From: Hyalangium sp.
GTDB lineage: Bacteria; Myxococcota; Myxococcia; Myxococcales; Myxococcaceae
Direction: 5' to 3'
Assembly (NCBI RefSeq): GCF_045802625.1
Contig: NZ_JBJMQP010000039.1
Coordinates: forward strand, 236,681 to 268,680
DNA: 32,000 bases
Shown here: positions 7,183-15,077 of the stretch, piece by piece
Layout: every line of letters starts with the position of its first letter
Position numbering within the stretch: the stretch's first letter is position 1
Position numbers and translations under genes: made by a program
Notes under the pieces: model-generated
The model's input: only the letters and a program-made list of their open reading frames with translations
Told to the model about the DNA's origin: nothing
Databases searched by the model: none

Positions 7183-10100
7183 ATGCTCGCCCGCTGGCCC
7201 GTCCTCCGGCAGCTGAAGGAGGGAGATCTCAAGGGGCTGGGCGAGACGTCCATGAGCGAGCGCAGCCGCACCCTCGAGCCGCGCACCGTCCAGGCCGACA
7301 AGGTCGTCAAGTCCGTCTGCCCCTACTGCGCCGTGGGCTGCGGCCAGGATGTCTACGTCAAGAACGGGCGCATCCTCGACATCGAGGGCGATCCGGACTC
7401 GCCCATCTCCCGCGGGCGGCTGTGCCCCAAGGGCGCCGCCACCTTCCAGCTCGTCACCGGCAGCCACCGCGTCCAGGACGTGCTCTACCGCCGCCCCGGC
7501 GGCACCGAGTGGGAGGTGATCTCGCTCGAGAAGGCCATGGACATGGTGGCCGAGCGCGTGAAGCGCACCCGGGACGCCACCTGGGAGGAGAAGGACTGCA
7601 ACGGCCTCGCCGTCAACCGCACGCTGGGCATCGCGCACCTGGGCGGTGCCACCCTGGACAACGAGGAGAACTACCTCATCAAGAAGCTCTTCACCGCGCT
7701 GGGCATCGTGCAGGTGGAGAACCAGGCCCGAATATGACACTCGTCCACGGTGCCCGGTCTGGGCATCTCGTTCGGGCGAGGTGGGGCCACCACCTTCCAG
7801 CAGGATCTGCAGCACTCGGACTGCATCCTCATCATGGGTTCGAACATGGCCGAGTGTCACCCGGTGGGCTTCCAGTGGGTGATGGAGGCCAAGGGGCGAG
7901 GCGCCACGATCATCCACGTGGATCCGCGCTTCACGCGCACCAGCGCCATGTCGAACCTCCACGTGCCCCTCCGGCCCGGCACGGACATCGCGTTCCTGGG
8001 CGGCCTGGTGCACTACGTCCTGGAGAACGAGCGCTACTTCAAGGAGTACGTCGTCCACTACACCAACGCGCCGACGATCATCCATGAGGACTTCCAGGAC
8101 ACCGAGGAGCTGGACGGGCTCTTCAGCGGCTACGAGGAGGACAAGAACAAGTACGACATCAAGTCCTGGCAGTACGAGGGCGTGGAGGGGGCGGTGCCCG
8201 CCGCGGGCCACAAGGAGATCTTCGGCGAGCCCGGCGCGGGCGCGGGTGGCACGGTGCGCGGCACGGACATCACCGAGCAGAGCCAGGACCACACGCTCCA
8301 GCACCCGCGCTGCGTCTTCCAGATCCTCAAGCGCCACTTCTCCCGCTACACGCCAGAGATCGTCTCCCAGGTGTGCGGCGTGCCGAAGGAGCTGTTCCTG
8401 AAGGTGGCCGAGGCGCTGTGCGACAACTCGGGCCGCGAGCGCACCAGCGCCTTCTGCTACGCGGTGGGGTGGACGCAGCACTCGACAGGCGTGCAGAACA
8501 TCCGCGCCGCCTCCATCCTCCAGCTCCTGCTGGGCAACATCGGCCGGCCCGGCGGCGGCATCCTGGCGCTGCGCGGCCACGCCTCCATCCAGGGCTCCTC
8601 GGACATTCCCACCCTGTACAACCTGCTGCCCGGCTACATCCCGATGCCGCACGCCCAGCAGGCCCACTCGCTGAAGGAGTACATCAAGGACAACGAGGCG
8701 GGCGCCGGCTGGTGGAGCAACTTCCCCAAGTACGCCATCTCTCTGCTCAAGGCGTGGTTCGGCTCCGCGGCCCACGAGGGCAATGACTACCTCTTCAGCC
8801 ACATGCCTCGGCTGTCGGGGAACCACTCGCACATGCAGACGGTGGCCGACATGGCCGACGGCCAGGTGAAGGGCTACTTCGTCATGGGCGAGAACCCCAC
8901 CGTGGGCTCCATGAACGGCGCGCTCCAGCGCAAGGGCCTGCGCCAGCTGGAGTGGCTGGTGGTGAGGGATCTCACCCTGATCGAAACCGCCGAGTTCTGG
9001 CGCCGCGCCCCGGAGCTCCAGCGCGGCGAGGTGAAGACGGAGGACATCCAGACCGAGGTCTTCTTCTTCCCGGCCTCCGCGCACACGGAGAAGGACGGCA
9101 CCTTCACCAACACGCAGCGGCTGCTGCAGTGGCACCACAAGGCCGTGGAGCCGCCCGGACAGGCGTGCAGCGAGCTGCACTTCATGTTCCACCTGGGCCG
9201 GCGGCTCAAGGCGCTCTACGCGGACTCGAAGGAGGAGAAGGATCAGCTGATCCAGGAGCTGACGTGGGACTACCCCACGCACGGCGAGCACGCCGAGCCG
9301 AGCGCCGAGGCGGTGCTGAAGGAGATCAACGGCTACACGGTGGTGGACAAGAAGCCCGTGGGAGGCTTCACGGAGCTGAAGGACGACGGCTCCACCGCGT
9401 GCGGGTGCTGGATCTACTCGGGCTGCTACAAGGACGGCGTCAACCAGGCCGCGCGCCGCAAGCCGGGGCGAGAGCAGACCTGGGTGGCGCCCGAGTGGGG
9501 CTGGGCGTGGCCCGCCAACCGGCGCCTCCTCTACAACCGCGCCTCGGCGGACGTGGATGGCAAGCCCTGGAGCGAGCGCAAGAAGTACATCTGGTGGGAG
9601 CCGGAGCAGCGGAAATGGGTCGGCGAGGATGTGCCGGACTTCCTCGAGGACCGGCCGCCCGAGTACCGCCCACCGGTGGGCACCACGGGCATGAACGCCA
9701 TCGGCGGAGATGATCCCTTCATCATGCAGGTGGACGGTAAGGGGTGGCTCTACGCGCCCAGCGGGATGATCGACGGCCCGCTGCCCACGCACTACGAGCC
9801 CATGGAGTCGCCGGTGCAGAACGGGCTCTATGGGCAGCAGTGCAACCCGGCGCGCGAGGAGTGGCCGCAAAAGGAGAACCCGTACCACCGGGCCTGGGGC
9901 GATCCGCGCTACCCGTTCGTGCTCACCACCTACCGCCTCACCGAGCACCACACCGCGGGAGGCATGAGCCGCTGGCTGTCCTGGCTGAGCGAGCTGCAGC
10001 CCGAGCCGTTCTGCGAGGTCTCCCCCCAGCTCGCCCAGGAGCGAGGGCTGGAGAACGGCGGCTGGGCCACGCTGCGTACGGCGCGCGGGGATCTCGAGTG

Positions 10101-10440
10101 CCGGGTGCTTGTCACCGAGCGCATCACCCCGCTCAAGCTGGATGGGACGTGGGTGCACCAGATTGGCCTGCCGTACCACTGGGGCGAGACGGGGCGCACG
10201 CGCGGGGAAGGAGCCAACGAGCTCATCGCCTTCGTGGCGGATCCCAACGTGGACATCCAGGAGTCCAAGGCGCTCACGTGCGACATCGTCGCGGGGCGGA
10301 AGGCCACGGGGGCCCGGGCCGCCACGGGCGACACGGTGCCCGCGCTGCCGCCGCAGGTGCCGGAGGTGCCGCGGGATGGCCCGCTGGCCGGCACTCCCTC
10401 GCACAGGCAGTGGCAGGAGAAGAAGGGGCAGGAGAAATAG
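7183..10440 (+). CDS. fdnG: Formate dehydrogenase catalytic (molybdo/tungstopterin) subunit, selenocysteine-containing (TGA 7735..7737 read through)
   Basis: Track ORFs 7009..7737 and 7750..10440 are in the same frame, separated only by one TGA. An N-terminal 4Fe-4S motif is present (CPYCAVGCGQ...GRLCPKG). The active-site context is ENQARI-U-HSSTVPGLGISFGRGG. The fused product is about 1085 aa. The start is ATG 7183 (MLARWPVLRQL...). An alternative in-frame TTG at 7168 lies 6 nt after GGGAGG. The region 7009..7167 has poorer G/C third-position bias and is probably non-coding. Confidence 0.9.
7735..7737 (+). other. Predicted selenocysteine (UGA recoding) codon in fdnG
   Basis: The in-frame TGA sits exactly where Sec/Cys lies in the formate dehydrogenase family. 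It is followed by the conserved His (U-H). The ORF continues in the same frame for about 900 codons with family-typical sequence. Confidence 0.8.
7744..7776 (+). promoter_or_regulatory. Candidate bacterial SECIS hairpin
   Basis: The upper stem is TGCCC (7751-7755) paired with GGGCA (7761-7765), closed by loop GGTCT (7756-7760). It is extended by G7750.T7766, G7749-C7767, C7748-G7770, A7747-T7771, C7746-G7774 and C7745-G7775, with small bulges. The hairpin starts about 7 nt after the UGA, as in the E. coli fdhF/fdnG SECIS. It was folded by eye only. Confidence 0.5.
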
Positions 10441-10443
10441 CCG

Positions 10444-11241
10444 ATGGGACAGAAAGGCTTCTTCACCGACACCACCCTCTGCATCGGCTGCAAGGCGTGC
10501 GAGGTGGCCTGCAAGCAGTGGAACCAGTTGCCGGATGACGGGTTCCACTTCACGGGCATGTCGTACGACCACACAGGCCACCTGGGCGCCTCCACCTGGC
10601 GGCACGTGGCCTTCGTGGAGCGCCCCATTCCGCTGCCGGGGCAGCAGACGGGAGTAGGCGACTTCTCGTGGCTGATGGCGTCGGACGTGTGCAAGCACTG
10701 CCAGCGGGCCGGGTGCCTGGAGGCGTGTCCCACGGGTGCCATCATCCGCACCGAGTTCGACACCGTGTACGTCCAGCCGGACGTGTGCAACGGGTGCGGC
10801 TACTGTGTGGTGGCGTGCCCGTTCGGAGTGATTGATCGGCGGGACGATGACGGGCGCGCGTGGAAGTGCACGCTCTGCTACGACCGGCTGGGCGAGGGCA
10901 TGACGCCCGCGTGCGCCAAGGCGTGCCCCACCGAGTCCATCGTCTACGGAGATCTGGACGAGCTGCACGCTCGGGCGCGCAAGCGGGTGGAGCGGCTGCA
11001 CGAGCAGGGCGTGCAGAGCGCGTACCTGTACGGCATGGACGCGGAGAACCAGCCGGGCACGGGGGGCCTCAACTCCTTCTTCCTGCTGGTGGACAAGCCC
11101 GAGGTCTACAACCTGCCCCCGGATCCGGTGGTGCCCACCAAGAAGCAGCCCGGCGCGTGGGCGGCGGTGGCGCTGGGCTCGTTGGGCATGGCGATCGCGG
11201 CGCTGAGCGTGGTGTGGCTGGGCCGTCAGGAGGGCGCATGA
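10444..11241 (+). CDS. fdnH: Formate dehydrogenase iron-sulfur (beta) subunit with C-terminal TM anchor
   Basis: 265-aa ORF with four ferredoxin-type Cys clusters: CIGCKACEVAC, CKHCQRAGCLEACP, CNGCGYCVVACP and CTLCYD...CAKACP. A C-terminal hydrophobic helix is present (AWAAVALGSLGMAIAALSVVWL). GGAGAA lies 7 nt upstream of the ATG, 3 nt after the fdnG stop. Confidence 0.9.
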   Translation: MGQKGFFTDTTLCIGCKACEVACKQWNQLPDDGFHFTGMSYDHTGHLGASTWRHVAFVERPIPLPGQQTGVGDFSWLMASDVCKHCQRAGCLEACPTGAIIRTEFDTVYVQPDVCNGCGYCVVACPFGVIDRRDDDGRAWKCTLCYDRLGEGMTPACAKACPTESIVYGDLDELHARARKRVERLHEQGVQSAYLYGMDAENQPGTGGLNSFFLLVDKPEVYNLPPDPVVPTKKQPGAWAAVALGSLGMAIAALSVVWLGRQEGA

Positions 11242-12398
11242 AGCGAATCGAGGGTGGCACCCCGTTGATCGACCAGCTCGAGCGCGCCTCGGACGGGCGC
11301 AACGTGAACCCGGCGCAGGGGGTGCTGATCGGTGAGGCCGCCGGGCAGCAGGTGAAGGAGCTGGAGATCGCGCATCCCGTCCCCAAGCTGCTGACCACCA
11401 TTCCCTCGCGCTCCGGGCCCGCTGAGGCGCATCCGAGCTACTACGGGGCTCCGGCCATCAAGTCGCCGGTGTGGCTGCCCACCATCCCCCTGTACTTCTT
11501 CGTGGGCGGCATGGCGGGCGCGACGAGCACGCTGGGCGCGGCGGTGGAGCTGCTCGATGGGCACAAGCTGGCGTCGCTCAGCCGGAGGTGCCGGTGGGTC
11601 GGCATGCTGGGGGACATGGTGAGCAGCGTGCTGCTCATCCAGGATCTGGGGCGGCCCACGCGCTTCCTGAACATGCTGCGGGTGTTCCGGCCCACCTCGC
11701 CCATGAACATGGGAGCGTGGGTGCTGGCGGGATCCGGCGCGATGAACACCGCCTCGGTGCTGACCCTGTACGCAGGCCGTGGCGGCGTGGTGCAGAAGCT
11801 GGGCGATGCGGCCTCATGGGTCGCGGGCGCGCTGGGCATGCCGCTGGCGGGGTACACGGCGGTGCTCCTGTCGAACTCGGCGGTCCCCACCTGGCAGGGC
11901 ACCCGGCTCACTCTGCCGCTGCTGTTCATGTCCTCCAGCATGGCCAGCGCGTCGAGCCTGCTGGAGCTGTTCCCTCCGGGCTCGGAGCGGGAGCGGAAGA
12001 CTGTGCGCCACTTCGGCTTGATCGGGAAGGTGGCGGAGCTGGCCACGGGCTTCGCGGTGGAGCGAGAGGCCGCACGCTCGGAGGAGATCGTCCGGCCGCT
12101 GCGCCAGGGACTGTCGGGGACGCTGTGGAAGGCAGCGAAGGTGTGCACTGCGGCGGGGCTGGCGGTGAGTCTGCTGCCGGGCCGGCAGCGCTGGAAGCAG
12201 GTCACCGCGAGCGTGCTGACGCTGGCGGGGGCATTGGCCACGCGCTACGCCATCTACGAGTCGGGCAAGGTGTCCGCGAAGGATCCGCACGCCACCTTCG
12301 TGCCGCAGCGTGAGGGCCTGGGAGCCGCGGAGGTGACGGGGAACACGGTGGCCTCGGATGGCCGGCCGTTCAAGTTTCCCCTGCCCGTGGTGAGCTGA
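11238..12398 (+). CDS. NrfD/PsrC-family integral membrane subunit of the formate dehydrogenase
   Basis: The track ORF 10860..12398 is over-extended. The start ATG 11238 forms an ATGA overlap with the fdnH stop (11239..11241). About 8 hydrophobic segments are present. The NrfD-like signature is LGRPTRFLNMLRVFRPTSPMNMGAWVL. This is not a di-haem cytochrome b of the FdnI type. Confidence 0.8.
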   Translation: MKRIEGGTPLIDQLERASDGRNVNPAQGVLIGEAAGQQVKELEIAHPVPKLLTTIPSRSGPAEAHPSYYGAPAIKSPVWLPTIPLYFFVGGMAGATSTLGAAVELLDGHKLASLSRRCRWVGMLGDMVSSVLLIQDLGRPTRFLNMLRVFRPTSPMNMGAWVLAGSGAMNTASVLTLYAGRGGVVQKLGDAASWVAGALGMPLAGYTAVLLSNSAVPTWQGTRLTLPLLFMSSSMASASSLLELFPPGSERERKTVRHFGLIGKVAELATGFAVEREAARSEEIVRPLRQGLSGTLWKAAKVCTAAGLAVSLLPGRQRWKQVTASVLTLAGALATRYAIYESGKVSAKDPHATFVPQREGLGAAEVTGNTVASDGRPFKFPLPVVS

Positions 12399-12419
12399 CG
12401 CCTGTGCAGACCCAGCCGC

Positions 12420-12980
12420 TCACTCCACAGGCGGTCCGGCCTGCTCCGGAGGAGGAAGCTCGGGCCTCCCGGAGGGAGATCCCGCTTGGATCGCACGCAG
12501 CCGCTCCACCCGCTCCCACTGCTGGTTGATGATCGCGTCCAGGCGCTCGACCTCCGCCTGGTCCCCACGGACCCGCGCCGCCACGCGCTGGCGCTCCAGT
12601 TCCTGCACGCCCCTCTCCGCCAACTCGGCCGCGCGCCCCGGGAGAGCTGACCACTTCTGCTGCAGCTCGCGCCTCGCGTCCGGCCCTATGTCCGTCAGCG
12701 GGGACACCGTCACCGGAGCGGGCGGCACCGCGCCGCTCTGAGGCTGCGCCACCACGGGAGCCGGAGTCGCGACCGGAGGCCGGGCCGCGGGTCTGGCCGG
12801 AGGAGGCCTGGGAGCCGGCGGGGGCGCGGGCACCTCCGTGGCCACCGGCGCAGGCAAAGCGGGTGGTGCCGCGCTCGGGGAAGGAACCGTCGGCGCCGGC
12901 CACAACCAGGAGCCCAGTAAGGCGGCCGTGAGCGCCACGGCGCCGAAGATGGGCAACAGGACGTAGGCAGGGAATCTCAT
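12420..12980 (-). CDS. Hypothetical N-terminally anchored proline-rich protein with C-terminal coiled-coil-like segment
   Basis: 186-aa ORF. It has an N-terminal hydrophobic helix (MRFPAYVLLPIFGAVALTAALLGSWLW) and a roughly 80-aa Pro/Ala-rich spacer. The C-terminus is Arg/Glu/Gln-rich and helical-looking (RRELQQKWS...ELERQRVAARVRGDQAEVERLDAIINQQWERVERLRA). The frame has G/C third-position bias. No family recognised. Confidence 0.55.
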   Translation of the reverse strand: MRFPAYVLLPIFGAVALTAALLGSWLWPAPTVPSPSAAPPALPAPVATEVPAPPPAPRPPPARPAARPPVATPAPVVAQPQSGAVPPAPVTVSPLTDIGPDARRELQQKWSALPGRAAELAERGVQELERQRVAARVRGDQAEVERLDAIINQQWERVERLRAIQAGSPSGRPELPPPEQAGPPVE

Positions 12981-12989
12981 GGCGGGAAG

Positions 12990-13003
12990 CAGCTCGCGAG
13001 CTG
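12990..13003. repeat. Perfect 14-bp palindrome CAGCTCGCGAGCTG upstream of the proline-rich protein gene
   Basis: Read directly from the sequence. Its reverse complement is identical. It lies 10 nt upstream of the ATG at 12980 on the minus strand. Function unknown (operator or 5' UTR hairpin). Confidence 0.4.
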
Positions 13004-13039
13004 ACTCCCTCTTACTTGAGGAACAGACGCACCGCCAGA

Positions 13040-13071
13040 GCGAGCGGGGCCTCCCCTGCCCCCTCGCTCGC
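13040..13071 (-). terminator. Candidate GC-rich hairpin downstream of poxB
   Basis: GCGAGCGGGG (13040-13049) can pair with CCCC (13060-13063) plus GCTCGC (13066-13071), with a 2-nt bulge. The hairpin lies 12 nt past the poxB stop. There is no U-tract, so its status as an intrinsic terminator is weak. Confidence 0.3.
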
Positions 13072-13082
13072 CTGCTCGCGGC

Positions 13083-14867
13083 TCAGTCTTTCTTTGGCGC
13101 CAGCTTGTCCACCATCCCCTTGATGGACTGCCGCAGGATGCCTCCCGCGTCCGGGTCGCCCTTGAGCACCGACTGGGCGAAGTGCTTCGCCTGCTCGAAG
13201 GTGATGTGGGGCGGCAGCGGCGGCACGTCCGGATCCACATAGGCCTCGAACACCACTGGCCGGTCCGCACTGAGCGCCTCATCCCACGCCCGCGCGAGCT
13301 GCTCGGGCTTGTCCACCCGGATGCCCTTCAGGCCCAGCGACTCCGCGTACTTCGCATAGGGGAAGTCCGGCAGATCCTGCGTCACCGGCAGCTTCGGGTC
13401 TCCGGCCAGCACGCGCTGCTCCCACGTCACCTGGTTCAGGTCGCGGTTGTTGAGCACCAGGATGATGAAGCGCGGGTCCTTCCACTCCTTCCAGTACTTG
13501 GCCACGGTGACGAGCTCGCCGTTGCCGTTCATCTGCATGGCGCCGTCTCCCACCATGGCGATGACGGGGCGGTGCGGGAACGCGAACTTCGCTCCGATGG
13601 CGTACGGCACGCCGCAGCCCATGGTGGCCAGGTTGCCGGACAGCGACGCCATCATCCCCTTGCGGATCTTCAGATCCCGCGCGAACCAGTTGGTCCCCGA
13701 GCCCGAGTCCGCCGCGAGGATCGCCCCTTCCGGCAGCTTCGGAGACAGCTCCCAGAACACCCGCTGCGGGTTGATGGGGTTGGCCGAGTTCATGGCTTGG
13801 GCCTCGGTCGTCTTCCACCACTGCCGGATGCCCTTCTCGATCTGCTCCCGCCAGCCGCGATCCTGCTTGCGCTGGAGCAGCGGGATGAGCGCCCGGAGCG
13901 TCTCCTTGCTGTCGCCCTGCAGCGCCACCTCCATGGGGTAGCGGATGGCCAGCATCCGGCCATCGAGATCGATCTGGACGCCGCGCGCCTGCCCTTCCTT
14001 GGGCAGGAACTCCGAGTACGGGAAGCTGGTGCCCACCATCAGCAGCGTGTCGCAATCCATCATCATGTCCCAGCTGGGCTTGGTGCCCAGCAGGCCGATG
14101 GAGCCCGTCACGTACGGCAGATCATCCGGCAGCACCGCCTTGCCAAGCAGCGCCTTGGCCACACCCGCGCCGAGCAGCTCCGCCACCTCCATCACCTCGT
14201 CGGCCGCGTTGAGCACACCGGCGCCCACGAGCATGGCCACCTTCTTGCCGGCGTTGAGCACGTCCGCGGCGCGCCGCAGGTCCTCGTCCTTGGGGAGGAT
14301 GCGGGGAGCGCTGTAGCCCACGCTGGAGTGGATGGTGCCGTGTGCGCGCTCTGGCTTCTGGTACTCCAGCTCCTGGACATCGTTGGGGATGATGACGCAC
14401 GTCACCGTGCGCTCGCTCCGAGCGATGCGCACGGCCCGGTCGACGGCGTGGCGGATGGCGGAGGGCTTCGTCACCATGGTGACGTACTCGCTGGCCACAT
14501 CCTTGAAGAGCGTCATCAGGTCCACTTCCTGCTGATAGTGGCCGCCGAGCGCGGCGCGGGCCTGCTGACCGACGATGGCCACCACGGGCTGGTGATCCAG
14601 CTTCGCGTCATAGAGGCCATTGAGCAGGTGGACGGCGCCCGGACCTGAGGTGGCGAGGCAGACGCCGACCTCGCCGGTGAACTTGGCATGAGCGCACGCC
14701 ATGAAGGCAGCCATCTCCTCGTGGCGGACCTGGACGAACTGGAGCTCGGTGTTGCCCTCGAGGGCGCCGAGGATGCCGTTGATCCCATCTCCGGGATATC
14801 CATAGATACGGCGGACGCCCCATTGGGAGAGGCGGTAGAGCAGATAATCGGCAACGGTAGCGCTCAT
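13083..14867 (-). CDS. poxB: Pyruvate dehydrogenase (quinone) / pyruvate oxidase, ThDP- and FAD-dependent
   Basis: The sequence MSATVADYLLYRLSQWGVRRIYGYPGDGINGILGAL...RHEEMAAFMACAHAKFTGEVGVCLATSGPGAVHLLNGLYDA has the ThDP enzyme N-domain with catalytic Glu in HEE. The ThDP-binding motif is GDGAMQMNG...NN. The C-terminus has an amphipathic tail. I prefer ATG 14867, which lies 6 nt after GAGGA, over the track start at 14921. Confidence 0.9.
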   Translation of the reverse strand: MSATVADYLLYRLSQWGVRRIYGYPGDGINGILGALEGNTELQFVQVRHEEMAAFMACAHAKFTGEVGVCLATSGPGAVHLLNGLYDAKLDHQPVVAIVGQQARAALGGHYQQEVDLMTLFKDVASEYVTMVTKPSAIRHAVDRAVRIARSERTVTCVIIPNDVQELEYQKPERAHGTIHSSVGYSAPRILPKDEDLRRAADVLNAGKKVAMLVGAGVLNAADEVMEVAELLGAGVAKALLGKAVLPDDLPYVTGSIGLLGTKPSWDMMMDCDTLLMVGTSFPYSEFLPKEGQARGVQIDLDGRMLAIRYPMEVALQGDSKETLRALIPLLQRKQDRGWREQIEKGIRQWWKTTEAQAMNSANPINPQRVFWELSPKLPEGAILAADSGSGTNWFARDLKIRKGMMASLSGNLATMGCGVPYAIGAKFAFPHRPVIAMVGDGAMQMNGNGELVTVAKYWKEWKDPRFIILVLNNRDLNQVTWEQRVLAGDPKLPVTQDLPDFPYAKYAESLGLKGIRVDKPEQLARAWDEALSADRPVVFEAYVDPDVPPLPPHITFEQAKHFAQSVLKGDPDAGGILRQSIKGMVDKLAPKKD

Positions 14868-15077
14868 CGGCATTCCTCGGCTGGAGTGGGTTTCTCGGGG
14901 CGAGACGACGGCGCACCGCACGGGCCCACGCGCACCACCTCTCGTGTGTCGCCCCGCTCACGCGTCATGTCCCACCTCTGGACCTCAAACTGCGCACCCT
15001 GAGCAAAGGAGGGAAGACGCGCATGGGTGCACGGACTTCATCCATTGCTCCCCTGCCTGCCCTCGTCCGCTGGACAC

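Noticed and set aside
7750-10440. GTG 7750 as an independent start of a second formate dehydrogenase gene
   Set aside because: It is in the same frame as the upstream piece. The five codons between the TGA and this GTG (HSSTV) belong to the conserved active-site motif. No ribosome-binding site is apparent. Read-through as selenocysteine explains the data better.
7105-11001. 1298-aa ORF on the minus strand, the longest ORF in the track
   Set aside because: It lies antisense to the formate dehydrogenase alpha and beta genes, whose products carry unmistakable family motifs. Its translation is Arg/Gly/Ala/His/Leu-rich without any recognisable motif. This is a typical shadow ORF, since stop codons are rare in antisense frames of GC-rich DNA.
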